Source of the DNA: Solirubrobacteraceae bacterium
GTDB lineage: Bacteria > Actinomycetota > Thermoleophilia > Solirubrobacterales > Solirubrobacteraceae
DNA length: 64,000 bases
Reading direction: 5' to 3'
Assembly (NCBI GenBank): GCA_035551655.1
Contig: DASZNA010000072.1
Location: forward strand, 5,526 to 69,525
Below are positions 28,076 through 36,395 of this stretch, piece after piece. Position 1 is the stretch's first letter; each line of letters opens with the position of its first letter. A program made the translations under genes and the position numbers. The notes under the pieces were generated by a model. The model saw only the letters and a program-made list of their open reading frames with translations, was not told where the DNA came from and did not search any database.

Positions 28076-28785
28076 GCCGGGACCGCCTGGCCGTGGAGCT
28101 CTGAGAAGAACCCGGTGATCACCTGCTCAAGGCCGGTCCCGCCGGAGATCCCCTCCCAGTGGGCCTTGACCAGCCCGGTGAGCTCGTAGCAGCGGTCGAT
28201 CGGTGCCACGAGATATTGCGGAGGATCGCTCAGCCGGTTGACGATCAGCCCCTCTGCGTCGGCCTCCAGATCGTTCAGCACCGGGTTGCGATCGGTGACC
28301 GTCCGCCAGGTCTCAAAGCGCAGCTCCGACTCGGTCGCCCCGGCCGGGCTCGGGTACATGGCCACTACGCACTCGGTCACCGAGGAGACCATGAAGAAGG
28401 CCAGCCCGATCGGGATCCGCAGGTTGGCCCACACCTCCTCGGGCAGGTCGAAGTCCTCCAGCCACAGCGTGCGTTGACCCGTCGGGCGCAGGTCATCGGA
28501 GCCTGATTTCATCGCCCAGCATGGCTCACACACGCACAGGATGCGCCGCTCGGAGAGGTGCAGCAGATGGCGGTGATCGGCAGCGATGCTCACCTGGCAG
28601 AGGTCGCAGCGCTCGAGCACATCTGTGGCCGTCCCTCCCCCGGGGGAGCCTGGGGCGGGTTCCCCGCCGTCGGGCGCGCGACCGCCAGGCGCGCCCGGCG
28701 CAGACCGCTGCGCCAGCCCCCGCAACCCCGAGACGGTCTGCGCCCGCCGCCGTGCTGCGATCGTCTCCTGGAGGAGGGGGTTCAT
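28072..28785 (-). CDS. DUF5947-like hydrogenase-associated protein (HhaA-like)
   Basis: ERCDLC..HRH..CVCEPC, IPIGLAFF and YPSPAGATESEL; ATGA overlap at 28782-28785. Confidence 0.85.
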   Translation of the reverse strand: MNPLLQETIAARRRAQTVSGLRGLAQRSAPGAPGGRAPDGGEPAPGSPGGGTATDVLERCDLCQVSIAADHRHLLHLSERRILCVCEPCWAMKSGSDDLRPTGQRTLWLEDFDLPEEVWANLRIPIGLAFFMVSSVTECVVAMYPSPAGATESELRFETWRTVTDRNPVLNDLEADAEGLIVNRLSDPPQYLVAPIDRCYELTGLVKAHWEGISGGTGLEQVITGFFSELHGQAVPA

Positions 28786-29645
28786 ACGTTCAGGGCGACC
28801 TTGACCCGCCCGCTCTCCCGCAGCAACGGCACCGGCTCGAGCTGGACCTGCGGTTCGTCGCTGGACCGACCCGCCCGCGGGAGCAGGAAGGACCGTCCGC
28901 AGTGTCCGCAGGCGAGCGAGACGCCGTGCAACGCGCCGTCGTGCAACGGTGCCCCGCACCCGGCGCAGGCGTCGCGGTAGGCCAGCAGGGTGCCGTCCAG
29001 GTTGGCCACCACCAGTGGGCGACCCTCCACGCTGACCGACGCCATCCCGCCGTCGGCCAGGTCGCCCAACACGGGGACCTCGAACCAGGCCGGCGTGCCC
29101 GTGCTCATCAGCACTGGCAGCTCGGAGGAGGCCATCGGCAGTGCCGCTCCGGTCACCGCCTGAGGCCCCATGCCCTCGACCTCGAGTCCCTCCAGGTCGG
29201 GAGCGCTCTGTTCGAGGGCCTGCTTGATGGCCAGCTCGAGGGTGACCGCCGAGGCCGAGCAGTCAGAGCAGCTGCCCCGCAGGTGGATACGGGCCACGCC
29301 CTGCTCCAAAGACAGAAGCTCCACGTTGCCGCCGTGCGATTCCATGTACGGCCGCACCGACTCGAGCGCCTGCTGCACACGGTCGAGGAGGGACACTGGG
29401 TGCAGGTCATGGATCAGCAGCAAAGTGCTGATCAACGGCTCCTCGGTGAGCACGAGGGCATCTGTGCCGAGGCGCTGGACGATCCGGCCCAGGCCTTCGC
29501 CGTACAGCGCCAGCACCGCGGCGACCAGCTCGTCGGCCAACTCCTTGGCCGGGGAGTCAGGGGTGGCGTCCAGCCTCTCCTGCAGCTCCTGAATCCACTC
29601 GAAGCCGGACTCCGAGCCCTCGACGCGGGAGTGAGTTGCCGACAT
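28782..29645 (-). CDS. NifU-like + Rieske-like Fe-S protein (HhyE-like)
   Basis: VRPYMESHGGNVEL..GSCSDC (NifU-C); C-terminal CAGC..CGHC. Confidence 0.88.
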   Translation of the reverse strand: MSATHSRVEGSESGFEWIQELQERLDATPDSPAKELADELVAAVLALYGEGLGRIVQRLGTDALVLTEEPLISTLLLIHDLHPVSLLDRVQQALESVRPYMESHGGNVELLSLEQGVARIHLRGSCSDCSASAVTLELAIKQALEQSAPDLEGLEVEGMGPQAVTGAALPMASSELPVLMSTGTPAWFEVPVLGDLADGGMASVSVEGRPLVVANLDGTLLAYRDACAGCGAPLHDGALHGVSLACGHCGRSFLLPRAGRSSDEPQVQLEPVPLLRESGRVKVALNV

Positions 29646-31420
29646 CAGGCCAGGGCGGTCGGCGTGTGCTGGACCTTGCGGACCTTGCCAGACCCGGTGT
29701 ACATATGCACGCCGCAGGGCAGGCACGGGTCAAACGAGCGCACCGCCCGCATGATGTCTACGCCCTTGAAATTCTCTGGGCCGTTCTCCTCGAAGATCGG
29801 CGTGTTCTGCACGGCGTCCTCGTAGGGACCCGGAGTCCCGTAGACGTCCCGCGGGCTGGCGTTCCACGGGGTCGGCGGATAGGGCTGGTAGTTGGCGATC
29901 TTCCCGTCCTGGATCACCATGTGATGGGAGAGCACGCCACGGGCCGCCTCATGGAAGCCGCAGGACACGGCGGTGTCCGGGACCTTGAAACTGTTCCAGC
30001 TCTTGGTCCGTCCGGCCTGAACCTCCTTGATCGCGCGCTCCAGGTTATGCAGCGCGATCAGCGCGCTGTAGGCCTGGTGGTAGGTCCTAGCGCGGTCGCG
30101 CTCGATCGCGTTTGACTTCTCGGGCACGTGCCACTCCAGCTCCATCTCGGGCAGGCTGGGTGAGCGAGGCAGAACCATCTGGATCGAGTGTCCGGTGGCC
30201 TTGGCGTAGCCGAAGTCGACCAGCCCCGCCTTTGCCGTGCACCACTGGCGGGCGAACGGCCCGCCGCCGGTGTCACAACACACGTGCGTGTCGGTGCGCT
30301 TGTCGTAGATCCGCGGTGAGACCACCCACGTGTACTTGTCGGTGAAGTCACGCTTCTGGGGTCGCGGCAGGGTGACCTTGTTCCACGGATGGTTCTTGTC
30401 CACCGGGTTGCCCAGCGGATCGTGGGTGACAAAGGTTTGCTCGTTCTCCCAGCCGTCGAAGTACGAGGAGCCGAGCAGGATCCGGATCATCCCGTTGATC
30501 TCGACGAGGTCGGTGGAGACGAGCTCGCCGCCAATCACGACGCCCGGCGTGACCATGCGCGCCCGGCCCCAGTCGGTCATCGTCTTGTAGTCGTAGTCGA
30601 CGACCTCCGGATCGTCGAAGCAGCCCCAGCAGACGAGATCCGTCTCGCGGAAGCCGACCTTCTCGTAGCCCGGCAGCGCGTCGTACCAGAAGTCGTAGAG
30701 GTCGTCGTGGAGCGTGACCGACCGCTTCACGTAGTCGATGTACTCCATCAGGCGCACGTAGTAATCGGTGATCGTCTGATGCGTGATGTGGGCGCTGCAG
30801 CCGCCAGGCATGATCGTGGAGGGGTGGGTGTGGCGACCGCCGAACAGGCAGTACATCTCCCGCGTGTAACGGGCCACGTGCAACGTCTCCAGGTAGAACT
30901 CGCCCGTGAACGGGTTCAGCGCCCGCATGATGTCGGCGATCGTCTTGTAGCCGTGGATGTCCTGCCCGGGCGCTGGCGTCGTCTCGGCCTTGGCCAGCAG
31001 ACTCGGGTTGGTCTCCTTGACCATCTGCTCGCAGAAGTCCACGTTGGCCATGCAGTCGTTGAAGATCGCGTGGTCGAAGATGTAGTCCGCGGTCTCGGCC
31101 AGGTTGAATGCGAGGTCACCCAGCGGCGGCGGCTTGACCCCGTAAGCCATGTTCTGGTTCAGGCACGAACAGGTGCAGTGGTTATCCCCACAGATGCCGC
31201 AGATCCGGCTGGTGATGAAGTGCGCGTCGCGCGGGTCGATCCCCTTCATGAAGATGTCGAACCCACGGAAGATCATCGAGGTGCTGTAGCACTTGAGCAC
31301 CTGCTGGTTGGTGAAGTCGATCTCTGTGTGGATGCCCAGGCTGCCGACGATCCGGGTGATCGGGTCCCAGGACATCTCCTTGACGACGACGCGTTGCTGG
31401 GGTGAGGTTTCAGTGGCCAT
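29645..31420 (-). CDS. hhyL: Group 1h [NiFe]-hydrogenase large subunit
   Basis: WDPITRIVGSLG; L1 TSRICGICGDNH and L2 SFDPCLPCGVH are group 1h signatures. Confidence 0.96.
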   Translation of the reverse strand: MATETSPQQRVVVKEMSWDPITRIVGSLGIHTEIDFTNQQVLKCYSTSMIFRGFDIFMKGIDPRDAHFITSRICGICGDNHCTCSCLNQNMAYGVKPPPLGDLAFNLAETADYIFDHAIFNDCMANVDFCEQMVKETNPSLLAKAETTPAPGQDIHGYKTIADIMRALNPFTGEFYLETLHVARYTREMYCLFGGRHTHPSTIMPGGCSAHITHQTITDYYVRLMEYIDYVKRSVTLHDDLYDFWYDALPGYEKVGFRETDLVCWGCFDDPEVVDYDYKTMTDWGRARMVTPGVVIGGELVSTDLVEINGMIRILLGSSYFDGWENEQTFVTHDPLGNPVDKNHPWNKVTLPRPQKRDFTDKYTWVVSPRIYDKRTDTHVCCDTGGGPFARQWCTAKAGLVDFGYAKATGHSIQMVLPRSPSLPEMELEWHVPEKSNAIERDRARTYHQAYSALIALHNLERAIKEVQAGRTKSWNSFKVPDTAVSCGFHEAARGVLSHHMVIQDGKIANYQPYPPTPWNASPRDVYGTPGPYEDAVQNTPIFEENGPENFKGVDIMRAVRSFDPCLPCGVHMYTGSGKVRKVQHTPTALA

Positions 31421-31477
31421 GGTCGAGGCTCCTTTGCAAGCTGCTCACGCTGAGAAGGGGTTGGAGTCGGGCGGCGC

Positions 31478-32542
31478 TCACCAGCGCTTGGTGTAGCCGG
31501 TGAGCAACTGGTTGCCGCGCCGGCGCCAGTCCGGTTCCTTGTCGAACTTGTGGTCGATGTGGCGGTGGCGGAAGTAGCGGACGATCGGGCCGTAGCTGAA
31601 CTTGATGACGTTGCCGGCCGCCGCTCCCCATGGGTCCTCGTCCATGAACGGCATGTACTTGTCGGGGAAGCCCGGCATCGTGCAGGCCATGCAGATGCCG
31701 CCTACGTTCGGGCAGCCGCCGACGCCGTTAACCCAGCCGCGGATCGGCACGTTGCACTTGACCACCGGCCCCTTGCAGCCCAGCTTGACCAGGCAGCGGT
31801 GGTCTGAGCCGTACTCGGTGGCGAAGTCACCCTGCTCGGCAAATCCGGCCCGGTTGCAGCCCTCGCGCACGGTGCGGCCGAACAGCCACTTGGGCCTAAG
31901 CGCCTCGTCGAGCTCCGGCGCCGGGGCCAGCCCGGCCAGGTGGAGGGCCAGATACAGCAGCACCTCGGTCATGTTGTCCGGCTGGGCCGGGCAGCCGGGG
32001 ATGCACACGACCGGCAGGCCGGCCTTGGATTTCCAGCTCCAGCCCAAATAGTCGGGCACGCCCATCGCCCCGGTGGGGTTGTTCTTCATCGCGGGGATCC
32101 CGCCGTAGGTGGCGCACGTGCCGACCGCGACCACCGCCGCGGCCTTGGGGGCCAGGCGGTCCAGCCACTCGTTCATGCTGATCGGCTGGCCGGTTGATGG
32201 GTTCACGCCAAAGGCGGTCCAGAAGCCGTCGCCGTTGATCTCCTCGTTGCCCAGCGATCCCTCTATGACCAGGACGAACGGATCGAGCTTGCCGTCCTCG
32301 GCGTCGAACCAGGCCTGCGAATACTCCTGGCCGTTTTCGTAGGCGATCACCTGGTTGTGGACGACCACCTTGGGCATGCCCGGGATGGCCTGCAGGATGA
32401 TGTCCTCCAGGCTCGGGTTGGTGGCCGAGGTCATGGCCACGGAGTCGCCTTCGCAACTGAGGCCGGTGGTCATCCAGAGGACGTGGGCGGTGACCTCCTC
32501 GGTTTGGCGCTGCGCGGCATATGGGCTTTCGGTCGTGGCCAT
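31478..32542 (-). CDS. hhyS: Group 1h [NiFe]-hydrogenase small subunit (no Tat signal)
   Basis: GLSCEGDS (CxxD), GTCATYGG, PGCP, LGCKGP and GGCPNVGGICMACT. Confidence 0.95.
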   Translation of the reverse strand: MATTESPYAAQRQTEEVTAHVLWMTTGLSCEGDSVAMTSATNPSLEDIILQAIPGMPKVVVHNQVIAYENGQEYSQAWFDAEDGKLDPFVLVIEGSLGNEEINGDGFWTAFGVNPSTGQPISMNEWLDRLAPKAAAVVAVGTCATYGGIPAMKNNPTGAMGVPDYLGWSWKSKAGLPVVCIPGCPAQPDNMTEVLLYLALHLAGLAPAPELDEALRPKWLFGRTVREGCNRAGFAEQGDFATEYGSDHRCLVKLGCKGPVVKCNVPIRGWVNGVGGCPNVGGICMACTMPGFPDKYMPFMDEDPWGAAAGNVIKFSYGPIVRYFRHRHIDHKFDKEPDWRRRGNQLLTGYTKRW

Positions 32543-32560
32543 GCTCGTCCTCTCTCGTGT

Positions 32561-33667
32561 TCAACAGATGCGCGGCAGCGGGTCCCCTACCAGCTGGTCC
32601 ATCACCCGCCGGCCGCCAAAGCTCGTCTTGACCAGCACCATCCCCGGCGGCTCGGTGCGCACTTCGCCGATCTCCGCCGCCTGCTCGCCTCCGGGGACGC
32701 TGCGCAGCGCCGCGAGGGCCTGGGGGGCCTGTCCGGGCGCGACGAAGGCCACCAGCTTGCCCTCGTTGGCCACGTACATGGGGTCGATCCCCAGGATCTC
32801 CGCGGCGCCGGCCACCGCCGGGTCAACGGGGACGCGTGCCTCGTCCACCACGATGGCCACGCCCGAGCTTCGGGCCAGCTCGTTGAGCACCGAGGCCACG
32901 CCGCCCCGGGTGGCGTCCCGCAGGCAGCGCAGGCCGTGACCGGCTGCCTCGAGCAGCGCGTCGACGGCCGGCCACAGCGAGCGGGTGTCCGACTCGATCT
33001 CGGCGTCCAGCTCGAACTCGTTGCGGGCCAGCATGATCGCTGTGCCGTGGTTTCCGATCGGGCCAGACAGGAGGATGCGGTCTCCGGGCCTCAGGGCTCC
33101 GGGGGACAGGCGGGCCCGCGGGTCACGCTGGCCCACGCCCGTCGTGCAGATGTACATCTGGTCGGCGTGGCCGCGCTCCACCACCTTGGTGTCGCCGGCC
33201 ACGATCGTGACGCCGGCACCGGCGGCGGCGACGGCGATCGCCTCCACTTCGCTCTTCAGCGTCTCTGCGTCGAGACCCTCCTCCAGGATCATCGACACGG
33301 TGATGGCCTGCGGCTTGGCTCCGGCCACGGACAGATCGTTGACGGTGCCGTTCACGGCCAGCTCGCCGATCGAGCCGCCCGGGAAGCGCAGCGGCTTGAC
33401 CACGTAGGAGTCGGTGGTCATGGCCAGGTCGGTTCCGGCCACCCGGAGGATGCCGGCGTCGCCCATCTCCTCGAGCGCCCCGTCGCCGTCGCCGAAGGCC
33501 GGCACGAACAGGCCCTCGATGAGTGTCTGCGTGGCCTTGCCCCCGGCACCGTGGGCCATGTTGATGTGGGTGTCGCGGAACTTGGCCCGCTTGGAGCGGG
33601 CCGTCTCGATGATTCCGAGGATGCGCTCCTCGCGCTCGGAAACCGGCGTGGCGGAGTGGGCGCTCAC
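32561..33667 (-). CDS. hypE: Hydrogenase maturation protein HypE
   Basis: MAHGAGG, TTDSYVV, DATRGG and C-terminal LPRIC. Confidence 0.97.
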   Translation of the reverse strand: MSAHSATPVSEREERILGIIETARSKRAKFRDTHINMAHGAGGKATQTLIEGLFVPAFGDGDGALEEMGDAGILRVAGTDLAMTTDSYVVKPLRFPGGSIGELAVNGTVNDLSVAGAKPQAITVSMILEEGLDAETLKSEVEAIAVAAAGAGVTIVAGDTKVVERGHADQMYICTTGVGQRDPRARLSPGALRPGDRILLSGPIGNHGTAIMLARNEFELDAEIESDTRSLWPAVDALLEAAGHGLRCLRDATRGGVASVLNELARSSGVAIVVDEARVPVDPAVAGAAEILGIDPMYVANEGKLVAFVAPGQAPQALAALRSVPGGEQAAEIGEVRTEPPGMVLVKTSFGGRRVMDQLVGDPLPRIC

Positions 33668-34779
33668 ACGACCTCCCGCTCGCGGGCGAAGCGGCCGAAG
33701 TTGTAGTAGGCGGCGCAGGCGCCTTCGGAGGAGACCATGCAGGTGCCGATCGGGCGCTCGGGCGTGCAGGCCGTGCCGAACACCTTGCACTCCCAGGGCT
33801 TGATGACCCCCTTCAACACCTCACCGCACTGGCAGGCCTTGGGATCGGCCACCCGGACACCGGGCACGGCGAAGCGCTGCTCGGCGTCGTACTCGGCGTA
33901 GGCGTTCGACAGGCGCAGCCCGCTGTGGGAGATGAAGCCCAGCCCGCGCCACTCGAAATGGGGACGCAGCCCGAACACCTCGGACATCACCTCGAGCGCC
34001 TTGAGGTTGCCCTCGTAGGGGACGACGCGCTTGTACTGGTTCTCCACGCGACACTGGCCGTCGCGGAGCTGGCGCAGGATCATCGCGATCGCCTGGAGGA
34101 TGTCCAGCGGCTCGAAGCCGGCGATCACCACCGGCTTGCCGTAGTCGCTGGGGATGAACTCAAACGGCCGGGCGCCCACCACAGTTGAGACATGGCCCGG
34201 GCCGATGAAGCCGTCCAGCCGGAGATCCGGCGACTCGAGCAGGGCACGCAGCGGCGGGACGATCGTCACGTGGCTGCACATACACGAGAAGTTGGCGACC
34301 TTCTCGGTCCGGGCACGCTTGAGGGTCAGTGCGGTGGAGGGGGCGGTCGTCTCGAAGCCGATCGCAAAGAACACGACCTCGCGGTCAGGGTTCTGTTTGG
34401 CGATGCGCAGGGCATCGAGCGGCGAGTAGACCATCCGCACATCGGCTCCGGCGGCCTTGGCCTCCAGCAGACTGCCGTTCGACCCCGGGACCCGCAGCAT
34501 GTCCCCGAAGCAGGTGAAGATCACCCCGGGCTGGTGGGCCAATGCGATCCCGTCGTCGACGCGACCCATCGGGATGACGCAGACGGGACAGCCAGGCCCG
34601 TGCACGAGCTCCACGTTGGCCGGCAGGAGGTCGTCGACCCCGTACTTGTAGATCGAGTGGGTGTGGCCGCCGCACACCTCCATGAACTTGTAGTGCCGGC
34701 CGGGCTCGACCAGTGAGAGGATCTCCGCCGCGGCCACCCGGCCCAGCTCGGGATCACGGAACTCGTCGACGAACTTCAC
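33664..34779 (-). CDS. hypD: Hydrogenase maturation protein HypD
   Basis: MEVCGGHTH, GPGCPVC, GFETT, PGHVS and CMVSSEGAC. Confidence 0.97.
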   Translation of the reverse strand: MKFVDEFRDPELGRVAAAEILSLVEPGRHYKFMEVCGGHTHSIYKYGVDDLLPANVELVHGPGCPVCVIPMGRVDDGIALAHQPGVIFTCFGDMLRVPGSNGSLLEAKAAGADVRMVYSPLDALRIAKQNPDREVVFFAIGFETTAPSTALTLKRARTEKVANFSCMCSHVTIVPPLRALLESPDLRLDGFIGPGHVSTVVGARPFEFIPSDYGKPVVIAGFEPLDILQAIAMILRQLRDGQCRVENQYKRVVPYEGNLKALEVMSEVFGLRPHFEWRGLGFISHSGLRLSNAYAEYDAEQRFAVPGVRVADPKACQCGEVLKGVIKPWECKVFGTACTPERPIGTCMVSSEGACAAYYNFGRFAREREVV

Positions 34780-34997
34780 GCCAGCATCTCGGTGCCCAGG
34801 CGGGCGATGGCCGTGCCGGCGTGCACGAGCAGGCTCTGACCCGGGGTGACCGGGGCCACCAGGGCCGACTCGACTGTGTGGTGAAATCCGTCAGCGTCTT
34901 CGCAAAGGGCGAGGCCGCGATCCGGGTCGACGGCCACGATCGTCATCGGCGTGCCGTCGTCGCCGCAGGTGATGCAGTGCTCTGAGCCGCAGCTCAC
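34776..34997 (-). CDS. HypC/HupF-like small OB-fold protein with N-terminal CxxxHCxxC
   Basis: SCGSEHCITCGDD...LLVHAGTAI; coupled to both neighbours. Confidence 0.85.
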   Translation of the reverse strand: MSCGSEHCITCGDDGTPMTIVAVDPDRGLALCEDADGFHHTVESALVAPVTPGQSLLVHAGTAIARLGTEMLA

Positions 34998-35272
34998 TCG
35001 ATCACGCTCGCCTTCAGCTCCTCCAGCTCCTGCTCGTAGTCCGCGCCCATGCGGACGAGCAGGTCGTGCGTGGCTCGCGCCTCCTCCTCGTCCACCTTCG
35101 AGATGGCGAAGCCGACGTGAATGAGAACCCAGTCACCCGGACCAACCCCTCCGACCTCACCGTCCAGCAGGCCGACGTTGACGGTGCGGCGCACTCCAGC
35201 CACGTCCACTTTGGCGAGTCGGTTCGGCTCGTCTACTACTTCGACTACCTGCCCCGGGATTGCCAAGCACAC
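34994..35272 (-). CDS. hypC: Hydrogenase chaperone HypC
   Basis: MCLAIPG and WVLIHVGFA. Confidence 0.96.
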   Translation of the reverse strand: MCLAIPGQVVEVVDEPNRLAKVDVAGVRRTVNVGLLDGEVGGVGPGDWVLIHVGFAISKVDEEEARATHDLLVRMGADYEQELEELKASVIE

Positions 35273-35313
35273 GTGGCCGTTCTAGCACCGAGGTTTCCGC
35301 CTTTTGCAGGCCA

Positions 35314-35354
35314 CGTAATCCGGGTTACTCGCCCCCCGCGTAATTCAACTTACG
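35314..35354. promoter_or_regulatory. Two palindromic operators CGTAA-N6-TTAC (sites 2 and 3) in the divergent hypC/Crp promoter
   Basis: CGTAATCCGGGTTACT (35314-35329) and CGTAATTCAACTTACG (35339-35354), between -10-like TAGAAC (minus strand, 35279-35284) and TAGACT (plus strand, 35370-35375). Confidence 0.7.
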
Positions 35355-35436
35355 GGCCAGAATGTTCCCTAGACTCAGAGAGCGAGAGTGGTGATTGCCG
35401 GCGGTATGGGCCCGGCAAGCAACGAGAGGGGACAGG

Positions 35437-36288
35437 TTGTCCGGGCACGAGCAGCGTCCCGCCGGTCCGATCAGGTGGCCCAGAATCCCACATGCGGCGG
35501 CTGGATCTGGGACGGGTCAGGGCGGCCCGCAGCCGGTTTCGCTACTCGATCTCGACGATGACCTGGCCCAGGAGTGTGGCCCCGAGGCCCGCTTGGCCGC
35601 GCGCCCGCTCGCCGTCGTCCGGGTGGTCGAGGCCGAGGTGGGTCCCTGCGAGCTCGGAGGTTGGTTCACCGATGTAGGACACGGACCAGGCCTGCTGGTC
35701 CTCAAGGGTCTCATGGCCATGAACACGTGCGTCGGCGAGCGCGCGGCCTGCGAACTGGTCGGCGTCGGCGACCTCGTCCAGCCCTTAGAGCCCCGGGCGG
35801 AGGAGCTGGTCCTCCAGAGCGAGAGCTGTCAGGCGCTGGCGCCTGCCAGCTTCGCGGTGCTGGATGAACCGTTCGCCGCCCGCTGCTCCCCGTGCCCTCA
35901 GGTAGGCCTGGCCCTGCTCCGGCGATCCGCGCGCCGCTCCGCCGAGGCGGAGACCCTGCGGGCGATCGCCAGCCATCCCCGGCTCGAGGTGCGCCTCGTC
36001 CTCCTGCTTTGGCACCTGGGGAGCCGCTGGGGGAAGGTGGTGCCAGCCGGGATCCGCCTGACCATGCCGCTTACCCATCGGCTGCTCGGGCAGCTTGTGA
36101 GCGCAGAACGCCCCTCGATCTCGCACGCCATGCACCGCCTGGCTCAGACCGAACTGGTGGTCGGGACGGCCGGCGACCTCCTCCTGCACGGCAGCCTGCA
36201 ATCTCACTTCCAGGCCCTGCGTGAGCCACTCAGCGACCAGATAAATCAGCCCAGGCTGGCTATGCCCCTAGCCGCTCAGCTCGCCTGA
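35437..36288 (+). CDS. Crp/Fnr-family transcriptional regulator
   Basis: cNMP-like beta domain (GLLVLKGL, ELVGVGDLVQP) and C-terminal Crp-type HTH (LTHRLLGQLVSAERPSISHAMHRL); TTG at 35437 after GAGAGGGG (track start 35395). Confidence 0.85.
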   Translation: MSGHEQRPAGPIRWPRIPHAAAGSGTGQGGPQPVSLLDLDDDLAQECGPEARLAARPLAVVRVVEAEVGPCELGGWFTDVGHGPGLLVLKGLMAMNTCVGERAACELVGVGDLVQPLEPRAEELVLQSESCQALAPASFAVLDEPFAARCSPCPQVGLALLRRSARRSAEAETLRAIASHPRLEVRLVLLLWHLGSRWGKVVPAGIRLTMPLTHRLLGQLVSAERPSISHAMHRLAQTELVVGTAGDLLLHGSLQSHFQALREPLSDQINQPRLAMPLAAQLA

Positions 36289-36395
36289 GCTCAGCGCCCC
36301 CGCGTACCCAAACGCGCGGGCGCAGATACGCTCGCTCCGATCGAAGCTATCGTCCTGCTCGCGTGTTTCCTGGAGGGAGACGAAATGGGGCAGGC

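Noticed and set aside
29645-31420. Selenocysteine ([NiFeSe]) hydrogenase
   Set aside because: All four L1/L2 ligands are Cys codons and there is no in-frame TGA
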